Source of the DNA: Terriglobales bacterium
GTDB taxonomy: Bacteria; Acidobacteriota; Terriglobia; Terriglobales; Acidobacteriaceae
NCBI GenBank assembly: GCA_050018355.1
Contig: JBEKAF010000004.1
Location: 8,634-72,633 of the forward strand
Length of the DNA stretch: 64,000 nt
Direction of reading: 5' to 3'
In this document: positions 47,352 through 54,333 of the stretch, piece after piece
Numbering within the stretch: the first letter of the stretch is position 1
How the letters are laid out: each line of letters begins with the position of its first letter
The notes under the pieces: generated by a model
What the model was told of the DNA's origin: nothing
Database searches by the model: none
Seen by the model: only the letters and a program-made list of their open reading frames with translations
Program-made: the position numbers and the translations under genes

Positions 47352-50186
47352 GTGCCGATGGATCTGAAATCCACCATCAATTTACCCAAAACCGGCTTCC
47401 CCATGAAGGCAGGTCTGCCCCAAAATGAGCCCAAAATACTGGCTCGATGGGAGGAGCAGCGGATCTATGACCGCATCCGGGAAGTGCGTAAGGGCGCGCC
47501 CACCTATGTGCTGCACGATGGACCTCCGTACGCCAACGGGCCCATACATTTGGGAACGGCGATGAATAAATGCCTGAAGGACTTCATCGTGAAGTCGAAA
47601 AACATGGCCGGCTTCGATTCGCCGTATGTTCCGGGATGGGACTGCCACGGACTGCCGATCGAGATCAAAGTGGACCAGATGCTGGGCGGCAAGAAACTGC
47701 AGATGGCTGCGGTCGATGTGCGCAGCGAGTGCCGGAAATACGCCGAAAAGTTTCTCGACCTGCAGCGCTCCCAGTTCAAGCGCATCGGCGTATTCGGCCG
47801 GTTTGACCAGCCCTACTCCACGATGACGCCGCAATACGAAGCGGCCGTGCTCGACATTCTTTATCGTTTCTTAGAGAACGACTTCGTCTACAAGGGATTG
47901 CGTTCGGTGTACTGGTGCGTGTTCGACGAGACGGCATTGGCGGAAGCCGAAGTCGAGTACGAGAACCACACCAGCCCGACAGTGTGGGTGAAGTATCCGT
48001 TCGCGGGCGATCCCACTTCGCTCGATGCGGCGCTGAAAGGCAAGAGAGTTTCCACCATCATCTGGACCACGACTCCCTGGACGCTGCCGGCGTCGATGGC
48101 GGTAGCGTTTCATCCGGACGAAGAATACGTGGCGCTCGAAACCAGCAACGACGTGTTCATTGTCGGAGCCCGGCTCGCGGCGGTGGTGCAAGAGAAAACT
48201 GGATTGCAATCGGCGCGCGAGATCGCCCGCTTCCCCGGCCGCAAGCTCGAGTATGCCGACTTCCAGCATCCGTTTCTGGATCGCAAAGTCGTCGGCGTGC
48301 TGGCCGATTACGTCACCATGGACCAGGGCACCGGCGTGGTGCATACCGCTCCCGCGCACGGCGCCGAAGACTTCATCACCGGTCAGAAATACAAGATCGA
48401 TCCGACCTGCAATGTGGATAAAGCGGGCATCATGCGCCACGGTCTCCCGGAGTACGAGGGCAAGCGCGTCTTCGATGCCAATGCTCCGATCGTCGAACTA
48501 TTGAAATCGCGCGGCGTGCTGATGCATTCCGAAAAAATGGAGCATTCGTATCCCCATTGCTGGCGGTGTCACAACCCGGTGATCTTCCGCGCGACCGAAC
48601 AGTGGTTCATCGGCATGGATACACCGATGAAGGGCGGCGCAAACGGCGAAACCATGCGCAACCGCACCTTGGCGGAGATCGCCAAGGTGAAGTGGGACCC
48701 AGCCTGGGGCGAAGACCGCATCGCCAACATGATCGCCACGCGCCCGGACTGGTGCATCTCGCGGCAACGGGTGTGGGGTGTGCCGATCGCGGTGTTTCTC
48801 TGTGACGACTGCGGCAAGCCGGTAAACGATCCGCACATCAACCGGAAGGTGGTGCAGTTCGTTTCGAAGCACGGCGCTGATGCGTGGTACACGCCCGAGG
48901 CCGATGCGATTCTTTCTTCCGGCCACAAGTGTGCCCACTGCGGCGGAACGAAGTTCAAGAAGGAAACCGACATTCTCGACGTGTGGTTCGAGTCGGGATC
49001 GAGCCACGCCGCCGTGCTCGGCCACGAGCCGAACCTGCCCTGGCCCGCCGATCTTTATCTCGAAGGCGGCGACCAGCACCGCGGATGGTTCCATTCTTCC
49101 CTGCTCTGCGCGATCGGCTACGAAGGCAGCGCTCCTTATCGCATGGTCGCAACCAGCGGATGGACGCTCGACGAGCAAGGCCGCGCCATGTCGAAGTCGC
49201 TCGGCAACACGGTCGATCCGGTTGAGATCGCCGATACGCTCGGCGGCGAAATCGTGCGCATGTGGGTGGCTTCGGTCGACTTCCGCGAAGATGTCGCCTG
49301 CTCACCAAAGATCATGCAGCGAGTCGCTGGAATCTATCGCGACATTCGCAACACTTTCCGGTTCATTCTTGGCAATCTCGATGGATTTGATCCCGCAAAA
49401 GATGCGGTCGCGTTCGATGAGTTGCAGCCGCTCGATCAATACATGCTGCGGCAGGCGGTGGAAGTGTCGGCGGAGGTGCAGCGCTCGTACGAAGAGTTCG
49501 CGTTTCACAAGATCTATCACCGGATCAACAATTTCTGCGGCGTGGAACTGAGCGCTTTCTATTTCGACGTGTTGAAAGACCGGCTCTACACTTCGGCGCG
49601 CAAATCGGTGTCGCGGCGGGCGGCGCAAACTGCCATCTGGCGCATCGGCGAAGCGCTGGTGCGGTTGCTGGCGCCGATCATGAGCTTTACCTGCGAAGAA
49701 GTCTGGCAGTATTTGCCACGAGTCGAGGGCAGGCTGGAGAGCGTGCATCTGACGACCTTCCCGGAAGCGGCAGACTTGCTGGGCACAAACGAAGCTGCAA
49801 TCGCAGCCGATCCGAAACAGACCGAAGACTGGAAGGCAGTGCTGGCCGTGCGCGAATCGGTGCTGAAAGCGCTGGAAGAGGCGCGCAACCAGAAACTGAT
49901 CGGAGGCAATCTGCAAGCGCACGTTACATTGACCGCGGCTGACCCGGTATTCTCCGCGCTTGAGCGCTTTCAGAACGATCTGCGCTACTTCTTCATCGTC
50001 TCGGCCGTCGAAGTAAAGGAGGGATCGGGAAATGGCAACGCGCCGGTTGTGGTGCAGGTGAGCAAAGCTCCAGGCCAAAAGTGCGAGCGCTGCTGGAACT
50101 ACTCGACCCACGTGGGCGAGGATAAGAACTATCCCACGGTGTGCGAGCGCTGCAGCGCCGTGCTCAAAGAAATTGACGGGGCGTGA
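47352..50186 (+). CDS. ileS: isoleucine--tRNA ligase
   Basis: HIGH-type PPYANGPIHLGTA, KMSKS-type AMSKSLGN, C-terminal Zn ribbon CERCW...CERC. 944 aa. ATG at 47358 is an alternative start. Confidence 0.97.
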   Translation: MPMDLKSTINLPKTGFPMKAGLPQNEPKILARWEEQRIYDRIREVRKGAPTYVLHDGPPYANGPIHLGTAMNKCLKDFIVKSKNMAGFDSPYVPGWDCHGLPIEIKVDQMLGGKKLQMAAVDVRSECRKYAEKFLDLQRSQFKRIGVFGRFDQPYSTMTPQYEAAVLDILYRFLENDFVYKGLRSVYWCVFDETALAEAEVEYENHTSPTVWVKYPFAGDPTSLDAALKGKRVSTIIWTTTPWTLPASMAVAFHPDEEYVALETSNDVFIVGARLAAVVQEKTGLQSAREIARFPGRKLEYADFQHPFLDRKVVGVLADYVTMDQGTGVVHTAPAHGAEDFITGQKYKIDPTCNVDKAGIMRHGLPEYEGKRVFDANAPIVELLKSRGVLMHSEKMEHSYPHCWRCHNPVIFRATEQWFIGMDTPMKGGANGETMRNRTLAEIAKVKWDPAWGEDRIANMIATRPDWCISRQRVWGVPIAVFLCDDCGKPVNDPHINRKVVQFVSKHGADAWYTPEADAILSSGHKCAHCGGTKFKKETDILDVWFESGSSHAAVLGHEPNLPWPADLYLEGGDQHRGWFHSSLLCAIGYEGSAPYRMVATSGWTLDEQGRAMSKSLGNTVDPVEIADTLGGEIVRMWVASVDFREDVACSPKIMQRVAGIYRDIRNTFRFILGNLDGFDPAKDAVAFDELQPLDQYMLRQAVEVSAEVQRSYEEFAFHKIYHRINNFCGVELSAFYFDVLKDRLYTSARKSVSRRAAQTAIWRIGEALVRLLAPIMSFTCEEVWQYLPRVEGRLESVHLTTFPEAADLLGTNEAAIAADPKQTEDWKAVLAVRESVLKALEEARNQKLIGGNLQAHVTLTAADPVFSALERFQNDLRYFFIVSAVEVKEGSGNGNAPVVVQVSKAPGQKCERCWNYSTHVGEDKNYPTVCERCSAVLKEIDGA

Positions 50187-50251
50187 CCGCGACTTCCGCA
50201 AACGCGATAAAGTATAGAGAAGAAGTTTTTTCGGTCATTTTTTTTCTGCCC

Positions 50252-50737
50252 ATGCGCAAATATCATTTCCTGATCGCGTTGTTCGTCATCGCTCTCGATC
50301 GCGTCACCAAGTGGACGATCTCGCACAGGCTTTCCTTGCACGACAGCATTCCGGTCATTCCCGGATTCTTTCGAATCATCCACGCTGAAAACCCGGGTGC
50401 TGCGTTCGGGATTTTTGCGGATTCTCCCTCGCAATGGAAAGTCGGCCTGCTGATTGCGTTCTCTGTGGTTGCGCTGCTGATCGTCTCCCTGCTGCTCTGG
50501 AAAAACAGCCACAGCCTGACTTCCACCGGAATCGGGCTGGCGCTGATTCTAGGCGGCGCGGTCGGCAATTTGTGGGACCGCCTGGTCAGCCGGCACGTGG
50601 TGGATTTTCTGCTCTTCTATGTAGGCCAACACCAATGGCCAGCCTTCAACGTCGCCGACAGCGCGATTGTGGTGGGAGCGGGGCTGCTGGTGTTTGAAAT
50701 CGTGTTTACGAAGTCGCCCAGCCAACGGTCGGCCTAG
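50252..50737 (+). CDS. lspA: lipoprotein signal peptidase (signal peptidase II)
   Basis: Start at ATG 50252 (MRKYHFLIALFVIALDRVTKW). It contains NPGAAFG and WPAFNVADSAIVVG motifs. Confidence 0.9.
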   Translation: MRKYHFLIALFVIALDRVTKWTISHRLSLHDSIPVIPGFFRIIHAENPGAAFGIFADSPSQWKVGLLIAFSVVALLIVSLLLWKNSHSLTSTGIGLALILGGAVGNLWDRLVSRHVVDFLLFYVGQHQWPAFNVADSAIVVGAGLLVFEIVFTKSPSQRSA

Positions 50738-50965
50738 AACGGGTTTCATCCAGCTTCAGGTGTTCGCCTATTCCTCCGTGTTCCTGCCTGTTTACTATTA
50801 AGGTAATAGTATAGTTAGAACAGAAAAAACTCTTCCCCCCGGTCTTTTGGAATCATAGGGTTACGCAAAAAATTCCGCAAAATCTTTGAGTTTAAAGGAG
50901 TTATACGTAAAATATTCCGGAATGGTAAGTATCCCCCCAGACCAAGTATAGTAAAATGGATGGGT

Positions 50966-51078
50966 CGGGATATGGCGAAATTGGCAGACGCGGCAGTTTG
51001 TTAGCTGTCCTCGAAAGTGGGCCGCTAGCCAAACTGCTGGGGCAACCCGTCCGGGTTCAATTCCCGGTATCCCGACCA
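50966..51078 (+). tRNA. tRNA-Leu-like (class II) gene with an abnormal 45-nt anticodon arm; functional status unknown
   Basis: The 7-bp acceptor is CGGGATA/TATCCCG, followed by discriminator A and an encoded CCA. The D-arm is TGGCGAAATTGGCAGACGC (Leu-type). The variable hairpin is GGGGCAACCC and the T-arm is CCGGG-TTCAATT-CCCGG. Between the D-arm and the variable arm lies GCAGTTTG...CAAACTGC, which forms a ~17-bp hairpin with an 8-nt loop instead of a 5-bp stem with a 7-nt loop. Confidence 0.6.
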
Positions 51079-51088
51079 CTTCCCCAAA

Positions 51089-51700
51089 TTATCCAGACTC
51101 ACCCAACGGTTTAATAAATTCCTTGAAGGCATGTTGTGGTGAAATTCTGGTTGGAAATTCCACCGGAATCAAATCCTTAAGTTTGTCGTAGTCCTTATCC
51201 CAATGCTGAAGCACCTCAACTTTCTTACGCTTGTGTAGGTCTATGGCTGAGGCCGCATGAATCGCATCGGCAGGTTTGAGTCCATAATTGCGAGAAATCT
51301 CAACTGCCGATGCAGCGATCCGATCATCAAGTTTAATCGTGTGTATTCGGTCAGGATGTAGAAGTTGGCTTATCCCATCCATCTCTTTTTTCGTGAGCAG
51401 ACGTGTCGGTCGCGTCCTTTGGATGTGGAAGTCCCATAAATTCCGAAGAGGGATTTCCACTTGTGGGAATTTCTCCAATACCGCATCGGTCCAGCTTGGA
51501 AGTGGCTTCGCGATGAACTTGTCTCGTGGGCGTATCACTTCTGCGATGGTGAAGGATGAGGTCCAAATTTCAGCAGTACCATTTGCGGAGTGCTGGAGTA
51601 TATCTTCACAGATATAGTGCCGCTCCCTCTCATGGTCACTATCATTGAGAAAACAAATAAAACATGTCGTATCCCAATATAGTTTGCGGAAATCACTCAT
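51089..51700 (-). CDS. PIN-domain nuclease-like protein (enlarged, 203 aa)
   Basis: Acidic residues lie in PIN-like positions (YWDTTCFICFL, TSSFTIAEV, PADAIHAASAI, HWDKDY). The start ATG overlaps the upstream stop (ATGAGTGA). Confidence 0.7.
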   Translation of the reverse strand: MSDFRKLYWDTTCFICFLNDSDHERERHYICEDILQHSANGTAEIWTSSFTIAEVIRPRDKFIAKPLPSWTDAVLEKFPQVEIPLRNLWDFHIQRTRPTRLLTKKEMDGISQLLHPDRIHTIKLDDRIAASAVEISRNYGLKPADAIHAASAIDLHKRKKVEVLQHWDKDYDKLKDLIPVEFPTRISPQHAFKEFIKPLGESG

Positions 51701-52496
51701 CGTCAGATTCCTCTAGGTATTTCTTCAAGGACACCCCGCCAGTGAAATCCTTGATAATTCCTGACAGACTCTGTATTGGTACCAGGTCGGCTCTTGGCGG
51801 AGCCTCTTCTAAATCGTCCACCTTTATTGAAAGTGGGTTGCCTGCACTGTTCATCAGCATTTCCCCAGTTACAACCACGACCTTGCGAAGAGAGTCCTTC
51901 ACCTTCCCCTCGAAATCAGGCTTAAAGACGCATCGAACTGGCTTTCCACTTTCCTTGTCCCAAATGCGAAATTCAGCTCCTCGGTGAACAGAGATCGCAT
52001 CCAAACTTCCAGTAACAGAGCCAAAGCCAGAATACTTGGGGCCAGTCAATTCCTCGACATTTCGGAGCGTGGCTTGAGAAATTTCACTCTCCTGTTTTGG
52101 CCGTCCGTTTTGCGGCGTCCAAATCGCCATCGGACCAATTTTCGGCGTTCGGTTCGCCAGCTTACCTACATGCGAAAGTGCACCATCAGAAAAGAATTTG
52201 TTTCTTTCACCTTTTGTAGACAATAGGCTGGTGTTCTCAATCACCTGCGATTTCACCGCAGAACTTCGATCAAATAATGGTTTACGAGGGATGGGTAAAA
52301 CGCCAACTACTGGGGCAGCAGGCTTCTCTAGCACTTCGACCATCCATTTCACGCTTCCATGGGATTTTTCAGAGAGGGTGGCGTCCACATCTTTGAGGAT
52401 GTATAGAAAATCTCGGACAGAATCCACGAACGTGGAGAGGTCGATTTGGCGCTCAGTTCCTACGCGGAAAAAAATTGGCTGCGGCATTTTGGCCAC
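51693..52496 (-). CDS. hypothetical protein (267 aa), translationally coupled upstream partner of the PIN protein
   Basis: Protein-like composition, no motif recognised, acidic C-terminus (LEESDDE). Start is GTG 52496 or ATG 52487. Confidence 0.65.
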   Translation of the reverse strand: MAKMPQPIFFRVGTERQIDLSTFVDSVRDFLYILKDVDATLSEKSHGSVKWMVEVLEKPAAPVVGVLPIPRKPLFDRSSAVKSQVIENTSLLSTKGERNKFFSDGALSHVGKLANRTPKIGPMAIWTPQNGRPKQESEISQATLRNVEELTGPKYSGFGSVTGSLDAISVHRGAEFRIWDKESGKPVRCVFKPDFEGKVKDSLRKVVVVTGEMLMNSAGNPLSIKVDDLEEAPPRADLVPIQSLSGIIKDFTGGVSLKKYLEESDDE

Positions 52497-52569
52497 CCGT
52501 GTTACCCTAGGATTAGCCTATGGTCATATGTATCCCGAGGTCGTGACAAATGGAGAATCACTCAAGACC

Positions 52570-53660
52570 TTCCGCCAAGAATGCTCAGAGTGAAACCCAT
52601 CAACAACCGTTAGTTCCATTGCCTGAAACGGCGGCTAAAATGGAACCGATTCGTCGCTCATCATTCGAGACATTACTGGATCGGGCCGCGAAACCAAGGG
52701 CTGTGCAGCCTTCGCCAAAACGTCATGGAAAATCAGGTTCCCGCAATCGCGGCGATTGTACCTGAAACTGTACTCATCAAGATAGGTCTGCAAATACTTC
52801 TGCGAAACCGAATGGTAAACTCCACCGATCCCACGCTTTACCAGACTCCAAAATCCTTCAATCGTGTTTGTGTGAATGTCGCCCATCACATAGACCTTCG
52901 CGCTGTGATTGATGCGCTTGTGCTCGTTCACACGTGCGCCAAGGCGATCATAGATCGGGTATTCATCGGTGAACACGGTGCTCTTGGGAAGCACGTACTC
53001 ACGCACCAAGCCTAATACCTGATTCGTCGTTACGTCCGGCGTTGCGAGAGCTTTTATCCGTCCGGCCTTGCTCTCGGTGCTGCGTTCTACCATCCCAATC
53101 ACTGGCGATTTCTTCTTGTCGCCACGCATCGGACGGCCAGACTGACCCTTGCGCTTTCCTCCGTAATACATCTCGTCCATCTCGATTGATGAACCCTCCA
53201 GTTTCACATCCTCCGAAAGGAGAATGCGAATCTGCTTGAACATCCGCCACGCGGTTTTGTAGGTGACACCAGTCTCGCGCTGAATCTGCTTTGCGCTGAT
53301 TCCGCAACGTGTCGAGGACATGAGGTACATCGCGTAAAACCACAGTCTCAGCTTGGTTGTGGTTTTCTCGAAGATCGTCCCTGCCAAAGGGAAGATGTGA
53401 TTCCCGCAACGATCACAGGCATAGGCGGTGCGTCCGCTCACACGATGGTGCTTGCGCTCTACGCCGCACTTCTCGCAATGCGTGACGCCACCGGGAAAGC
53501 GCCGTTCTTTGATCGTTTCTAGGCAAGCGTCCTCTGTGGGATACTGCTCATTGAACTGCTGGATTGTGTAGCGCAACTCTGGTGGGATTGTTTGTCTGCG
53601 GTTCATGGTAAGAAAACTGTACCATATCGTTAACTTGTTGTCAAGGGATAATTACCTCCG
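52570..53660 (-). mobile_element. IS1595-family insertion sequence (ends not defined)
   Basis: Single transposase ORF. No convincing terminal inverted repeats could be aligned by eye, so the boundaries are approximate. Confidence 0.4.
52635..53606 (-). CDS. IS1595-family transposase
   Basis: N-terminal zinc ribbon (CEKCGV...CDRCGNH), then LRLWFYAMYLMSSTRCGISAKQIQRETGVTYKTAWRMFKQIR (HTH), then an ISXO2-like DDE region (IEMDEMYYGG...VFTDEY...NTIEGFWSLVKRG). Confidence 0.9.
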   Translation of the reverse strand: MNRRQTIPPELRYTIQQFNEQYPTEDACLETIKERRFPGGVTHCEKCGVERKHHRVSGRTAYACDRCGNHIFPLAGTIFEKTTTKLRLWFYAMYLMSSTRCGISAKQIQRETGVTYKTAWRMFKQIRILLSEDVKLEGSSIEMDEMYYGGKRKGQSGRPMRGDKKKSPVIGMVERSTESKAGRIKALATPDVTTNQVLGLVREYVLPKSTVFTDEYPIYDRLGARVNEHKRINHSAKVYVMGDIHTNTIEGFWSLVKRGIGGVYHSVSQKYLQTYLDEYSFRYNRRDCGNLIFHDVLAKAAQPLVSRPDPVMSRMMSDESVPF

Positions 53661-54333
53661 GAATAAAGACTTACGTTGTCAAAGAGCGCTGAAAATGGCT
53701 TTGGGGCAGCTTCGAGGTCCGTCTTGGGAGACGGACACACTCATGCTGCCCCGATCAGATGGCTATTGTCGCACCGGACCGGTGGGCGTGTCTGTGACGG
53801 GGCTCACAGAAGGGATGTGATGAAAAATCAGGAGTCGGAAGTGAAACCCCGCCAAGCGGGGCTTGTACGGGTAAAGGAGCACAAAATGGGTCGGCGGGCC
53901 AAAGCCCCAACCGGCGCAATGACAGTCGCTGCCAGCGGTGGTCCATGTGATACAAGTGGCATATGAAACGCTCGAATTCACCCGGGCCCTTCAGAAAATA
54001 GTGAGAGAGCTCAGGATCAGGGACCTAACCGCGCTCCTACAGGGATGGCTGAAAGACCCCGGCAACCCCAACATCTCCCGATAAACTCGTAAGACTCGGC
54101 GTGACACTTCCACTAAGGGACGCTGCTGCGGTTGACCAGAGGCAACTACTCATTGAGAAGCGTGACGTGAGGCTTCTGGGGACTGGGTTGCAGAGCGAGA
54201 ACGAAGATGATGACGAGAACGCAGAAGTCCCATTTTTGAAGGCCTTTCAGGGTGTTCGTCGGTCAACGACTCGACTACAAGACTTCAGAATTTTCGATCG
54301 CCCGATGACCCGATCACCAGATCGCCCGATGCG

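Noticed and set aside
50993-51037. Interpretation of the long tRNA arm as a standard spliceable intron (position 37/38 or anticodon-loop group I type).
   Set aside because: 28 nt is far too short for a group I intron, and bacteria lack the BHB splicing endonuclease. Every 28-nt excision gives a Gly, Asp or Asn anticodon that is incompatible with the class II Leu-like body. The arm is reported as an anomaly only.
52541-53700. Terminal inverted repeats and target-site duplication of the IS1595 element.
   Set aside because: The best candidate is cccatcaacaaccgttag (about 52596) against the reverse complement of cgttaacttgttgtcaaggg (about 53629). It aligns only partially and with gaps, which is not convincing without a computed alignment.
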